Origin: Octopus vulgaris
Taxonomy: Eukaryota
NCBI GenBank assembly: GCA_951406725.2
Contig: OX597814.1
Location: 205,220,001 to 205,284,000 of the forward strand
Length of the DNA: 64,000 nt
Direction: 5' to 3'
The notes beneath the pieces were generated by a model. That model searched no databases. It was given only the letters and a program-made list of their open reading frames with translations, and was not told where the DNA came from. Below are positions 1 to 14,320 of the stretch, piece by piece. Each line of letters opens with the position of its first letter. Positions within the stretch are counted from its first letter, which is position 1. The position numbers and the translations under genes were made by a program.

Positions 1-1743
1 GGGGTTGATGTAATTGTCTTCTCCTTTCCCTGATACTGCTGGCTTTGTGCCAAAATTTAAACCAACATTATGAAACATGATTATATTCAAAGATTTGAAC
101 TTAATCAACTCTAACCTAAAAAATAATAGATTTTCTTGATAAAACATTAAACTTGGTAATAAAACTTCAACAGAAAATCTATTGAAAGTTTATAGTATAA
201 CCATAAGAATTTGAACTACTTGTCCAAAATATTAATCACAAGTTATTGAACATTTCAACTGAAGAAAATAAATAAAATAAAATAATAGTTTTATCATGAT
301 GTGGCTAAAAAGGTAAGATCAAATACATCAAGAATAATGATAATACCACAACAAAGAAGAAAGGATAAACCTCTATAATTCACATAAACCATGTCTTATG
401 TCTCTTAAACAGCTGATGTCTTTTGAGTTCCATGGTCTATTGTGCTGAAGCATCACTAGTAAATGTATCAACACTTAAATATATATATGTCACTTTAACA
501 GTTAACCCATTTAAATTGCGATAACACCAATACGTGCACACTTTCAGAAATCCAATCAGATATACAAACATCACTTTTCAAATTAACTTTGGGTATTGAA
601 AGATAAAATACACCCATTTACTCATCAAATAAAAAATTTTGAAAACCACCAAAAACGTAATCAATTTTTAAGAGCCTGTGGTTTATGTTTCCCTGATAAA
701 ATAACAAGAAAAAACAAAAACATTTACTAAGGAAATATGAAGAATATGAAGTAACTGACATTGTTTGCTTCTTAAATTGAATATGCTTAAAAAATAATAC
801 ATGCAAGAGAGTGACCTCCCTTGCACCATTCATATTAATATTTGGGCCATTCGCTTGTATTGCTATATATTTATACAACTTTATAAAGAGGTTATTTTTA
901 TTGAGATTATCTAAAGAAAGTTGCAGTGCCCATAGCTTTCACAAGCTCTCCAAGATGAAACACTTTATAATTAGCTTGTACACACCTAAACCTCAATATT
1001 TTATATCATTTTGTTCTCTTTGCTAATTTGCTCTCCATTATTTTTGCCTCCTCTTTCAGTTTCTATCTTTTTGCTCTTTCTCTTTCTGTTTATCTTTTAC
1101 TAATTTTCTCTGCATCTTTTCATGCTCAGAATTGTTAAAATATGATATTAACTACTTGCAGCAGTTGTTTGCTGCCAGGAGACCATTTCCTTCATGTTTC
1201 CTGAAATCCACAGACACCATTCCTGAAGAGCCTAAGGACTCTTTTCTCTTTATAGCTCTTTTACTCTTTGCCTGGAGGGCAGTTTTCCTGATAGTAATTA
1301 TGAATGCAACTCATTCAATTTATTCTGCTAAACCGTATCTATAGTTTTTGTTGAGGAAACACTAAACCAGTTAATAATAATAATAATAATTGTGTACAGT
1401 GCTCAGGTGCACTACAACTCATCTAAAGTGTATATACAATCAGGTGTAGTTTCGGCAGATTTCGGAAAGCATGAGGGCCTTAAAGGATGCAGTGTCATGG
1501 CAGTCGTTTACAGTTTCCGTCTACCACATCCATTCACAAGGCTTTTGTTGATCTGGGGCAATAGCAGAAAACACTTGCCCAAGGTGCTGTACAATGGGAC
1601 TGAACCTGAAACTATGATGTTAGGAAGCCACTTCTTAACCACACAGCCACACCTGCACCAATACATGAAAAATAATTCCTTCTATTTTGTCATTTAACCT
1701 TTTCATTACTGCATTTATAGTGAGATGCTCTGTGTTTCTTTCA

Positions 1744-1778
<35 letters not shown>

Positions 1779-1915
1779 GTTGTGTAAAAGTACAGAAATT
1801 AACATTTTTGGATCAGATGACAACCTTTATTAGACAGAATTCTGTGTGAGGAGGTTAGGCATATAGAGGATGGAGGGGGAGTGGGGAGAAGATAATAGTA
1901 GTGTAAAAACACATA

Positions 1916-2145
1916 AGGCAGCGAGCTGGCAGAATCGTTAGCACACCAGGTGAAATGCCAAGCGGTATTTCGTCTGCCACTACATTCTGAGTTCAAATTC
2001 CGCCAAGGTCGACATTGCCTTTCATCCTTTTGGGGTCGATTAAATTGGAGTTACAAACTGGAGTTGATGTAATCGACTTAATCCGTTTGTCTGTCCTTGT
2101 TTGTCCTCTCTGTATTTAGCCCCTTGTGGGTAGTAAGGAAATAGG
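1916..2145 (+). mobile_element. Representative of a tRNA-derived SINE family
   Basis: A-box-like tggcagaatcgtt, B-box gagttcaaattcc, central gcctttcatcctttcggggtcgat-type core. Further copies at ~4525-4705-, 9515-9955+, 30900-31500-, 38165-38375-, 39620-39790- and 56760-56875-. Confidence 0.85.
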
Positions 2146-2369
2146 TTTTGTACAAACACACATACACACACAACTTGTCATCACCATTTTAATGTCTGTT
2201 TTCCATGCTTAGTAATGCCTTACATTATAAGTATACTGACATCTGACTGGCCATTGGTCTTACTATGGCTTAAAAGAATTATAGTTTATATATATGTGTG
2301 TGTGTGTGTGTATTTATATGCATGCACGTAAATTTTGTATGTTAATTGTAACATTGTTTTGCAATATTA

Positions 2370-2688
2370 GTTGCCAGCCTCGCCTGGCCCCCGTGGCCGT
2401 TGCCAGCGCCGCCTTGGCTGGCTTCCGTGCCGGTGGCACGTAAAAAGCACCATCCGAACGTGGCCGTTGCCAGCGCTGCCTTGGCTGGCTTCCGTGCCGG
2501 TGGCATGTAAAAAGCACCCACTACACTCACGGAGTGGTTGGCGTTAGGAAGGGCTTCCAGCCGTAGAAACATTGCCAGATCAGACTGGGCCTGGTGCAGC
2601 CTTCTGGCTTCCCAGACCCCAGTTGAACAGTCCAACCCATGCTAGCATGGAAAACGGACGTTAAACGATGATGATGATGATGATGATA
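2370..2688 (+). mobile_element. Representative of the most abundant SINE family ((GAT)n tail, internal ~57-bp tandem units)
   Basis: Core aaaaagcacccactacact…gttaggaagggcatccag…ccaacccatgctagcatggaaa…(gat)n recurs at ~4990-5340+, 11000-11245+, 22770-22935+, 25860-26050-, 26480-27020+, 29425-29670-, 29800-30162+, 32680-33185-, 35518-35908-, 37425-37578+, 40452-40790-, 50690-50838+, 53395-53650-, 58085-58230- and 61620-61990-. Confidence 0.9.
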
Positions 2689-3894
2689 ATCCATCCCACC
2701 GAGGTCAACTTTGTTTTTCATTCTGTTGAGGTCGATAAAAAAAGCAGCAGTTGAGCATTGAGCTTTTGTATGGGGCCTGAGCATTGGAGTTGATAATATA
2801 AGTACCAGCTGAGCACGGGGGTCGATGTAATTGACTTAACCCCTCTCCTAAAATTGCTGGCCTTGTGCCAAAAGTCGAAACCAATATTATTTCTATAATC
2901 AATTGTCTATTTTCTTTTGTGTGGGCTCTATAAAGTAGAGATGCAATTTTCTGTCTAAATGTTTCTATGTGGTTTTGTCTTATACACACACACACACACA
3001 TACACACTCACAGAGAGAGAGGGGGAGAGAAGGGAGAGAGAGAGAGAGGGAGGGAGAAAGAGAGGGAGAGAGAGAATGATGAAATCATCTGAGCCTCTCA
3101 AAATTATTATTAGTGTTATCAGTAAAGTCAGTTGTGAAATGTAGGGTGCCTCTACATGGAAGTTCTATATGCTAAAGATAACAGCCAAAGTTTCTTTATA
3201 TTAGATGTTATCTCTGATGAAGAAATTGAAAATCTACTCCATCAAGGATGACTTGACGGTACACAACAGCAACAACAACAGCATCAATCAATCAACTGGT
3301 TATATATTTGCTCATGGAGATGACAGTTGTGATAGTGGTGGTATTAGTGGTGTGGTAGTGTTGGTGGTAATGACGTTGTAGTGGTAAGGGTGTATGTGTT
3401 GTGGCAAGTGGCAGTGTTGATGGTAGCTTCATCATTGTTACTATTCTTCTTCTTATAGTGAATGTTTAGCCCCAGATCAGCCTTGACTGAGCAGACCTAT
3501 GATCAATGACATTCTACCCATCACCATTCCCTCTTTTTCCCCATGTGCAATGAACCTGGGCCCACATTATCCTTAGTGTTCTTTTTCTTTAAGATAGTTG
3601 GATGCGATTGAAGGGAGTTTGGTTGTTATTTCTAGCAGGTCAAGTGACCATGTCAAGGTGTTGGAGTGTTTTACATTACTTACTGACAGGAGGAAGGGTC
3701 AGTGCCCATGACTTTTGTAGCCCCGCACCCAGATCAATGTGGTTGATGTCATTAATATTTCTCCTGAACCTTTGTTAAGTCAACAAAGTTAGAGTGAGGA
3801 AACAGCATACAGCCAGAGGCTGAAACGATGGTGTTGACAATAGTTGTGTTGCTGTTGGATTTGAAGGTGGAATTGATGTTGCTGTTGCTGTTGA

Positions 3895-4249
3895 GCGTAG
3901 CAGTCTTTGTCCTAGTGGGAGAAGTCTGAAACGTGGTCCTTTGCTATTTATACGACCCGCAGAAGACAAAGCAGGTCAACGCCCGACACCGAGAGCATCG
4001 ACGAATGGATGAATGCGCATCCAGGCTCAGCGGTTGCATAGGAAGTCGGGGACAAGAAACAGGAAGGAAGAGTGAGAGAAAGTTGGAGTGAAAGAGTACA
4101 ACAGGGGTCGTCACCACCCCCTACTGGAGCCTCGTGGAGCTTTAGGTGTTTTCGCTCAATAAACACACACAATGCCCGGTCTGGGAACCGAAACCGCGAT
4201 TCTCCGACCGCGAGTCTGCTGCCCTAACCACTGGGCCATTGCGCCTCCA
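3895..4249 (-). mobile_element. tRNA-headed SINE, third family; internally deleted copy at ~47655-47830
   Basis: Minus strand ggaggcgcaatggcccagtggttagggcagcagactcgcgg…ggtttcggttccc tRNA-like head; both copies sit in (TGT/TGC)n repeats. Confidence 0.8.
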
Positions 4250-5305
4250 CTGATGGTGCTGGTGGTGATGTTGGTGTAAGTAGTGGTGGTGATAGTTGCA
4301 TTGGTGTTGTTGGTGCAGTTGACAGTGGTGTTGGCAGTACTGGCATTGTTGCACATTATAGCTGCACATTCCTAAACAGAAGGTGTTGGTAGCCCATAAT
4401 GCAAACAGTGAAAATAAGATGTGATGCTGTAAAACCAGTTGAGTAGATTGTTGTATGACTGCTAACATCACTTATTAACCACCAGTTGTACACAGGAAAT
4501 ACAACGATAACATATTCACTTCAGATTTTGGCACAAGGCCAGCAAATTTGGGATGGGGTTAAGTCAATTACAGCGACCTGTGTGCTCAAAGGTACTTAAT
4601 TTATCAACTCCAAAGGGATGAAAGGCAAAGTTGACCATGGCAAAATTTGAACCAAAAGTATAAAGACATTTTTCCTGGCATGCTATCGATTGTGCCAGTT
4701 TGCTAACTTACATAGTGATAACATATTGTAAACCCAGAATGCCTTGACATAACATGGATTTGTCCAAAACAAGTAGTGTAGGAATGGCACACAACTTGTA
4801 TTTATTATTTCAGGTCAAATTTACCTTTCATTCATTCCAAGCATGATAAAATAAAGTACCAGTCATGTATTGGGGAAATAATCAACTCTACATTCCATGA
4901 AGATCCATATTTAGTTAGATATGTGCTTTCTCAGTTCTGAGTTCAAATTTTCATCCTTCAAGGGTCTGTAAAAATGAAAAACTAGAAAGCAAAAAATCAC
5001 TGGCACTGGTTCCACATAAGAAGCACCAGTGCTGGTGCTGCTGCCATGTAAAAAGCACCAGTGCTGATGTTACATAAAAAGCACTGGTGCTGGTACCATG
5101 TGCAAAGCAGGAGTAAAACGTAAAAAAGCACCCAGCACACTTTGTAAAGTGGTTGGCATTAGGAAGGGCATCTATCTGTAGAAACCATGCCAAAACAATA
5201 GACAATGAACTTGATATGGCTTCTGGCCTTGCCAGCTCCAGTCAAACTGTCCAACCCATGCTAACGTGAAAAATGGACATTAAATGAGGATGATGGTGCT
5301 GCTAC

Positions 5306-5337
<32 letters not shown>

Positions 5338-6015
5338 ATGACAAGTAGTGGGTTCACCACTGTTATCAAATGTGTGGCCTGGAGGATATATCACCAACTT
5401 TAAATCAGTGCTCTTTTAAGTGGCACAGGTATGGCAACGTGGTTCGGAAGTTCACTTCTCAGCTGCATGATTGGAGGTTCAATTCCACAGTGTGGTACAT
5501 TGTGCAAGTGGCATTCCTCATAACCTCAGACCAACCAAATCTTTGTGAATGGAATTTGTTACATGGAACTATGGAAAGTCCTTGGTGTTGTTTTTTTGAA
5601 AATTTTTTCGGGGGCGGGGTGAGGGGGTAGACTTAGATGATTTCATTTGCACTTCTGTTTAATACCACAATCTGGTGTTTGGGTGCAGGCCTCTAGTCTA
5701 AGAGGAACTTCCTCCCATCAGTTTTGAAGAGATTGAAAAAATGGGTCATGGTTAATGCTCTGTCCTCCTTCAGATTAAACCATAAAAACAGTCTTGTTTC
5801 CAAATTTATCCCAGAATGATACACTAATGACATTTTAAATATCAGGAAAATAAATCACATCATTAAGAAAAGAACAAAAAGTTTGACATTATAACATGAA
5901 ATCAGTTTTTATAAATACTAACTCAAGACAGAAGATATAAACAAGGCCACTGTCCCCTCAATAAGCCTGTTTCTCTGTTGCGTCTCATATTGCTGTATAT
6001 ATGTATGCATGTTTG

Positions 6016-7456
6016 TATATCACCTTTGTTGACCTGGAGAAAGCTTTTGATAGAGTTCGATGCTCTGTTACATGGTGGTCTCTAAGGAAGTTAAGAGTAG
6101 AGGAGTGGCTTGTTAAAGCTGTACAAGCCATGTACAGTGGTACTGTCAGGAAGGTGAGAGTTGGCCATGAATACAGTGATGAATTTAGCATACAGGTAGG
6201 GGTTCACCAGGGCTCAGTTCTCAGCCCACTCTTATTCATTATAGTCCTCCAGGCCATAATAGAGGAATTCAAAACTGGATGCTTCTGAGAACTGCTATAT
6301 GTTGATGACCTTGCTCTTATTGCAGAATCTTTAGCAGAATTGGGGAAGAAATTCCAAACAAAACCTGGAATCAAAGGGCCTTAAAGTTAACCAAGTAAAA
6401 ACCAAAGATGTTGTTAGTAAGAAAGAAGATAAAACTCTCTTTCTATCAGGTAAATAGCTCTGCTCAATGTGTAGGAAAGGAGTTGGAAGAAATTCCATTC
6501 GCTGCACCCAGTGTAAACTATGGACACATAACAGATGCAGTGGCATCACAGGTAGATTAACAGATAAGGTCACCCTTGTGTGTGGCAGATGTGCAGGAAC
6601 AATAAGCACTAAGAGCATATGGGAATTAGATACTCTCAAATGCCCAGGAGGCTCTCTTGAGGTTGTAGATAGTTTCTGTTACCTAGGTGACCAAATTAGC
6701 CATGGTAGAGGATGCTCTGAAAGTATTCTTTCTAGAATAAGAATAGGGTGGTGGAAGTTCAGAGAGGTATTACCTCTGTTGGCAACAAAAGGACTCTCTC
6801 TCAGAGTGAAAAGTAGACTATATGATGCTTGTATGCAAATGGCTATATTCCAGGGTAGTGAGACATGGACTCTGCATGCAGAAGACATACGTAGACTAGA
6901 GAGAAATGAAGGTAGTATGCTTCTGTTGGATGTGCAATGTCAGTGCTCATATACAACAAAGTGCAAAGTATTGAGAAAAAAGTTGGGCATAAGAGGAATG
7001 AAATGTAGCATGCAAGAGAGACGACAATATTGGTTTGTACATGTGATGTGTATGAATGAGGACAGCTGCATAAAGAAGTGCTGATCAGTGATTGTGGATG
7101 GTACCTGCAGAAGAGGGAGACCCAGGAAGATGTGGATGAAGTGATGAGGACCAATCTCAGGATGTTGGGCCTCATGGAGGAAATGACAAAGGACCGAGAT
7201 GTCTGGTGATATGAGGTTCTTGAGAAGACCTGCCCACATCAGTGGAACTGAGTTCTAGAAGCGCTGTGTGTCCCACCCACACTTAACAAGAAAACTCCTC
7301 ACACACTCTGCTACAATAAGCCAAACTACATCTCTACACCTCTTCTCTTCCTCATATTTCCACTCCATGCGCTATGCTTACCTCCCACTCCCCAATCCTG
7401 ACCTCTTGGCCCTGTCCCACTGTATCATTGCTATCTGCTAGCCCCTGACCTGTGTG

Positions 7457-7460
<4 letters not shown>
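6016..7460 (+). mobile_element. 5'-truncated, decayed RTE-clade LINE (RT, Cys-rich insert, C-terminus and 3' UTR)
   Basis: FVDLEKAFDRV, GVHQGSVLSPLLF, LLYVDDL, SFCYLG and GRPRK motifs with stops and frameshifts; Cys/His-rich segment CRKGVGRNSIRCTQCKLWTHNRC; ends at (TA)n. Confidence 0.9.
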
Positions 7461-7496
<36 letters not shown>

Positions 7497-8099
7497 CAAA
7501 AAGAAGGTCCTTCCTGAGGCATAGGCTCATAAGGCCAGTTTCCTGGATTCTGTGGCATACAATTTCCTTCACTGGATGTGGCTGTGATGTTGGTCTGTGG
7601 CAGGACTATTAATTTTTATCAGTTGAGTGCACTAGAGGAACATGAAATGAACATGGTGCATCACCTGGTCCAGGAATCAGAACTGCAATCTTATGATCAC
7701 GAGTGTGACACCTTAAGCACAAAACCATACACCTACACACACACACATTGTGACATTTATGTTGAAAACTCCTTCAATTATATAAACATGAAACAGGCTT
7801 CTGCACAATTTTCACCAATCAAATTCACTCACAAAGTACTGGTAGGCCTGGGGTTATATTCAATGTGTCAGTCCCACTATACAGCACCTTAGGTCTTCTA
7901 CAACAGGCATATTCCGACCAATGCTTTGTGAGTGAATTTGCTTGGTGCAGAAGAAGCCTATTGCATACCAAAGTAAACAGGGGAGCTTGGTACAGTCGTT
8001 AGGCTCAACAGCTCCTGTCAAACTGTCCAACCCATGCCAGCATGGAAGATGGAGGTTAAATGATTATGATGATGATGATGATGTTATATATATATATAT

Positions 8100-8226
8100 A
8101 AATAAGAAAATGGAGAAACAAATTTAGTTTGTTCATCAACTTTCAGATATTAGAATGTTGGATTATTTATTCATAATATCCGAAAGTTGATGAACAAACT
8201 AAATTTCTTTCTCCATTTTCTTATTT
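8100..8226. repeat. Fold-back palindrome, ~53-bp arms
   Basis: aaataagaaaatggagaaa…tttcagatatta / taatatccgaaag…tttctccattttcttattt, next to (TA)n. Confidence 0.9.
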
Positions 8227-8398
8227 GTATTATAAATTTACGGTAAAAATATTTCTTTATCTTCTCCCGTTTTATACAATAAATGAGTTAATTGCATTGC
8301 AATTAAAAACATTTATGTATTAAAAATCTGGGTACTTTACTAACAGTATATTGGATAAATACTATCCCTTAGTGGGTTACACCCATAACCGCTATCTT

Positions 8399-8462
<64 letters not shown>

Positions 8463-9215
8463 TATATATTGACCAATGAGAATGAGTGCTTAATATTGCA
8501 TTTAATGGATATTCTTTATTCGTGGATTAACAGTGTTACCAATACTTTCATGCAGATGGTTCAAATTTCTCAAGTGCCTTTAAGAATTTTGGTAATTGCA
8601 TCCATGTTGGATGAGACTCTGTGTAAGTGTGTTTGTATGTGTTTGCTGAACTGCTAAGTTATGGGGATGTAAATATGTCAGTAGTTCAACATCCATTGCC
8701 AAAGAGAGGGAGACAAACACAAAAACCAGCAACATAATAAATACAATAAATAACCAAACTCGAAATAAGTACTGGGGTAATTTTTTGCAGTTAATCTTAA
8801 ATGGTGGTGCTCCAGCATGGCCACATTTAAATGAGTAACACAAGTAAAAGAATAAAGAAAAGACTAGACAATTTAATTCTTCCATTGTTTTTTGACATTA
8901 TTTCTTTACTAAGCATCTCCCAATAACTATTGCACAGGAAGTGGTTACTGGAAGATATTCATAAAAGAAAGCACAAATGTGGCTTGACATCTGTGAAAAG
9001 CCATAATATTAATGAACTAATATCAAGAAAATAATATTAACAAAGTAATATTAATGAAGTGCTGTCAGTGAATTCACACTTTTTCAGTTGGGTGTTGTTG
9101 GGTAAACTGAATTTCAATGTCAAGCAGAAGATTTAGGCTGTAATTCTTGTCTGATAGCCAAATATGGTTAGTTGTTTCCTCCTAATAATCTCATATTACC
9201 AGGTGCTCTTTACAG

Positions 9216-9229
9216 GTCACTATGGCAAC
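9216..9229. promoter_or_regulatory. RFX X-box motif
   Basis: GTCACTATGGCAAC matches GTHNYYATRRNAAC; related motifs occur near 12450-12462 and 43243-43256. Confidence 0.3.
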
Positions 9230-10024
9230 GCTACCAACTGATTAACTGAGAGTTGTTAAATATTACAGTTTTCCATATAGAAAAACAAAATCTCTTCTTT
9301 ACATCACAAAAGAGAAACAATCATTATCAGACAAATGAATCTACTAAAACTATCGTAAATATATTACGGGCTCTTCTCCTGTTGACCTTTGTAGAAGAGA
9401 AAGCAAAACAAACCTGGTGTGATTTGTAATCAGAACATAACAGAACATTAGTAGATACTATTACTTAGGCATTCACTTCATAAATGTTAAACTGAGGTTA
9501 TTATTTTAAAGCAAGGTAGTGAGCTGGGAGACTCATTAGAGCATTGAACATAATTCTATGCACTATCTATTCTGGCTCTTTACGTTCTGAGTTCAAATCC
9601 CACCAAAGTCAATTTGTCTTTTATCCTCTCAGGGTCAATAAAATAAAGTACCAGTCAAGTATGGAAGGGTGGTAGTGGCAGTTGGTGGTGTTGACTAATC
9701 CTACTCCCCTTAAAAACTGCTGGCCTTGTGCCAAAATTTAAAACCATCATTTTAGAGCAATCGAGGTGATAAAGTAACAGAACCAGTTATGTATTGGAAA
9801 AAAATGCTTTGTGATATTTATTCTGACAGTTACATCCTGAGTTCAAATCCTACTGAGGTCAACTTTGCCTTTCATCCAATCAAGATCAGTAAAATAAAGT
9901 ACCAGCCAAGTACTGGGATCGATGGCGTTGACTAATCTCTTCCTTTAAAAACTGATCATTTTGAGCCTTGTTTAAGAGTAAGTTTAAAAATAATAATGGA
10001 ACAAATAAAGAAAGGGCGACTTAA

Positions 10025-10244
10025 CCCTTTCGTTACTGTATTTATTTTGAGATGCTCTGTGTTTCTTTCAATTACTTTAACTATAACAAAGAATTTAGTA
10101 AAATAACTTAGTTATCATTCAGCTAGTGTTAAGAACATAAATTGTGACCAAGGTTTGATGGAAGATTTTAATTCAAAACTTATGAAAACAAGACATTTGT
10201 ATTCAGAACCGGAACCAATTTCAGCTGGGTTGGTAACGAAAGGG
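10025..10244 (+). mobile_element. piggyBac-type MITE, family 1
   Basis: TTAA|CCCTTTCGTTAC…GTAACGAAAGGG|TTAA. Confidence 0.85.
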
Positions 10245-13200
10245 TTAATACTGAGAGTGGAGTAAAATTTTAGTTGAGTGGGACTAAGTTTTGCCTATAG
10301 CTGATTCAACCATATAAATCATATAATAGTGCTAAATGTAAACTCTTTAGCCCTCAGATAAATTTGAGAACCCCCACTGCTCACCTTGGAGTTTAGAGCT
10401 GCCATGCTTTGAATGGAGCAGTGGTCCTTGATTAGCTGCACCAACGGTGCCTCAGTTAGCAATTAGTAGGTGTACTGATTAACTAGATTCTTGAGTTAGA
10501 ATTCTGTTATCTGAGGAAGTGGAATATCTTACAGTGGCTGCCAACACATACAGAGATAATCTTGATAAACTGTTGTGCACTTCTCCAAGAGTATCTTTTT
10601 TATCTTACAACACAGCAACATTCTCAATGAACCAATAAGAGAGCCTTGACTTGGTAGTTCAGTTTGTTAGAAATAGCAACCAAATCTCTCTAAAATCGCA
10701 CTCTACTGGATAGTCATATTGAATAACCAATCTGAGATAAACTGTGTCTGAACAAATGTAGTGAATGCCTCTGAATATAGCTTAGCTTGGCCGGGTCTAA
10801 ACTGGAGCTACATTAATGATAACAACAACAACAATAACGGCAGCAGCAACAAGAGAAAAAGTAATGACAACATTAACAACAACAACAACAGCAGCAATAA
10901 CAATGGCTGCAACAAAAACAGTAACCATAACAACAGCAGCAGCAACAATCATCATATAATGTCAAGACAACGGTACACACACACATACAATAAATACACA
11001 TATATAAAAAGCACCATCCGATCGTGGCCGTTTGCCAGCCTCGTCTGGCACCTGTGCTGGTGGCACATAAAAAGCACCCACTACACTCTTGGAGTGGTTG
11101 GCATTAGGAAGAGTATCCAGCCGTAGAAACATTGCCAGATCAGACTGGGCCTGGTGCAGCCTTCTGGCTTCCCAGACCCCAGTTGAACCGTCCAACCCAT
11201 GCTAGCATGGAAAGCGGACGCTAAATGATGATGATGATGATGATGAACGATAGGACTCCCTCAGTTTCTATTTACCAAATCAAGTAAGGCTTTGATTGGT
11301 TCAGCGCTATAGGTGAAGACACTTGCCTACGGTGCTACACAAAAGAACTAAATCTGAGTCCACATAGTTGCAAAGCAAGCTTCTTAACCTCACATCCACA
11401 GTATGAGAGGATAATGTTTCTCACTGACTGAGATGACAGAATGAAGATATATTTGTAGCCATCTGTATTGATTAAAGAGACAAAAAAAATGAAAGATGAA
11501 AGTCTGAAGGTCAAACTGTGAAGAATAAATTAGTATGATGTCATTAAAAAAGGTGGAAATCCAGAATTGTTTATTAGAATAAATGTTGTACAGCTATAGC
11601 AGTAAACTTAGAGTAAAAGTATTCTGTAGACTTGAAGATATAAATTGACATGAAAGAGAAATCCTGAGTCCATGAAAACTAAGGATTGTCGGATGATGAT
11701 TGTCTGTGTTGACAGTTTGTAAATAATCAAAATTCATTTTTCAAAATCTATGAATTCTCTTGTTTCAACTTGTCCCTCTGTAATACTTTAATCTCTCAAT
11801 GTCTGCCATAAAGCTACTTCCCTCAATACTGCACCCCAAGGGCATCCAACTATAAAAACCATGCCAAAACATACAGTGAAGCATGGTATAGTCTTCTGCC
11901 AAGCCAATCCCTGTCAAACCATCCAACCATGCCAGCAAGGAAAGTAAACATTAAATGATGATGATGATGGTGATATGTTTAATCATCATCTTCATCAATC
12001 ATCATTGTCCATTTATCCATGCTTGCATGGGTTAGACAGGATTTTTGGAGGCAGATTTTCTATGGCCAGATACCATTCCTGTCACCAACCCTGACCTGTT
12101 TCCAAGCAAGGTAATATTTTCCATGGCCAGACATATTTTGCATGGATTCCACAGACACATATGTATACCCTAAATGTAATTCTCAAGTAGTATCAGCATG
12201 ATACGGTAGGCCATTTCATTACAAGTACAGTTTATCTGAAAGGCCTCCACACAACAATTGTCAACCCAATTTCACTTGTAAGCCTTGGGTTGACCCCAAG
12301 TTATGGTAAGGTTACTTGCCCAAGATGCCATGCAGAAAAAACAAACCTAAAATCTTATGGCAGTGAAGCAAACTTCGTGATTATTCAGTCATGCTTACAC
12401 AACATCCACACACACACACACACACACACCCTATTCTATCTATCTTAATATACCATGGCAACAACCATGGTCTCTAACTCCTAATCATGAAGACATGTTT
12501 TTATTTTGCATTGATTTTCACAGCTACACTGGATAGCTGCAGGTTAGTGATTTGTGTAATTAACTGAGGTAAGGTTAACTGACTTGCTGAACAAATGTTT
12601 TGAGTAAAATAGAGTAGAGAGGCATCTTCTAGGTTTCGAACTCTCTCTCTCTCAGACCCCTAGTTTAGGACCTTGTCCCGGCCAGGTTACCATAAAAGCA
12701 AAGATCAACTACAATAAATTAACTGTGCTGCTGTTAAAGACATTAACACCGACATAAATAATGGTTCAGATAATCAGATTGGTTTGTAACCAAATAACAA
12801 TAGTCTTGAAAGTAAGTTTTGTTGTGAATTTTTCAGTCAAATGGTTTAACCAAAAGTTCTGGAAGCTTGACAAAATGTTATATAATCCCAACTAGAACAA
12901 TCTGAGATGCTACACAGAACCATGTCAATCAGTTTTGTCTAAAGATGTTCTCACTTTTTCAACTTATTCTGTCTTTAATAACTATGAGCAATTTTCATAT
13001 AAATAACTAAAATGAAAACTTTTAACTATCATATTCACAATCTCATATGATATTTTATGCAAATAGAAATATTCTAGGTAATAAAAAATATGGAAGCTTA
13101 TGAAAATATTAGAGTAGTTGCTCTCATCTTCATATGCACCTTACCAAATACTGTTTATTACCAATGACGAACTAATGACAAAAACCCACTAAAATGATGA

Positions 13201-13416
13201 GCTCCAACTATATATTATTGGATTGGGTTGCTTATGTTCAGTTCACTGCAGGATAAAGGTCTCAGCATGTTCTCCCCACACAGTCATGGTCCATTGTGGA
13301 GATTGTGCTTGAGATCAATGCTGGTTTAATTAGTCTACTCTGCTACATTGGCTCAACATGGTTTGGCAGAAGTAGACAGTTTTTTTACTCATTTTCTGGA
13401 GTAGTTAAGCCAATTA

Positions 13417-14320
13417 TTGAGTCATTCCATAAATAATGCAGTTTTATCAATTGCATGAACTAAAAGGTGGAGGGAGACAGGATAAACTACCTGCATCAAC
13501 TTGCTATAAAAGAAGGTAGTAATTTTACCTTGAACTTATTCTTAGTGCAAGTTTTGAAGAGTGCAGTTTGATTTTAGCAGTTACTTTTTCAAAGCTATAA
13601 TGGGAGTGACAATGGAGCATATTCGGCATATTTTGCTTTATGAGTTCAATAAAGGCAATAACGCAATGGAAAGTGCAAGGAATATTAATGCAGTATATGG
13701 GGATCGGACAATAAATGTAAGCCAGTGCCAACAGTGGTTCCAGAAATTCTGAGCCGGAAATTACAGCCTAGAAGACGATCCTCATCCTGGAAGATCTGTA
13801 GATCTTGATGAGGACGTCTTGCAAACCCTGGAACAAAATCCCATCGTAACTATTGAGAACTAGCAGAGGTGCATGGATTTGATCATTCAACCTGTCGTTA
13901 AGTCAGTGCTAGAAGAAAAACAACCATCTTTGGGTTCAAGACGAAAGGTTTTCTTCCATCAAGATAATGCTTGGCCACATACAGCGGGGATGACATTCCA
14001 AAGGCTGGAGCAGTTGGAATGGGAAATGATGCCCCACCCACCATATTTGATGGACATTGCCCCATCTGATTATATCATTCATTCTGCAGTCTTCAAAATC
14101 ATTTGGACGGAAAAAATATGAATTCTGTAGACAAGGTCAGAACGGTACTGAAGGAGTATTTTACCTCAGAGACGAGTGAATTTTGGAAGAGGGGCCTTTA
14201 GATGGAAGAGCATTGTAGAAAATGAAGGAGAGTATATTTTAGATTAAAAAAGAACTTTGTTTGTCTTAATTTTGAAAAATAAAAGCGGTATAAAAAACTG
14301 CATTATTTATTGACCCCTAA
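13417..14320 (+). mobile_element. Internally deleted mariner (DD34D-type) transposon
   Basis: Imperfect TIRs (…ataaataatgcagttt / aaactgcattatttat…) flanked by TA. N-terminal HTH (EHIRHILLYEF…WFQKF), HQDNAWPH and HPPY-DIAPSDY motifs. First catalytic Asp region is missing; stops present. Confidence 0.9.

Noticed and set aside
622-761. Possible further phase-2 first exon on the minus strand (MSVTSYSS…FLFD|gtaaat)
   Set aside because: Weak donor, low-complexity AT-rich peptide and no promoter signal.
4175-4249. tRNA-like sequences (also 32125-32200 and 47760-47830)
   Set aside because: They are SINE heads fused to repeat bodies, without a complete acceptor stem.
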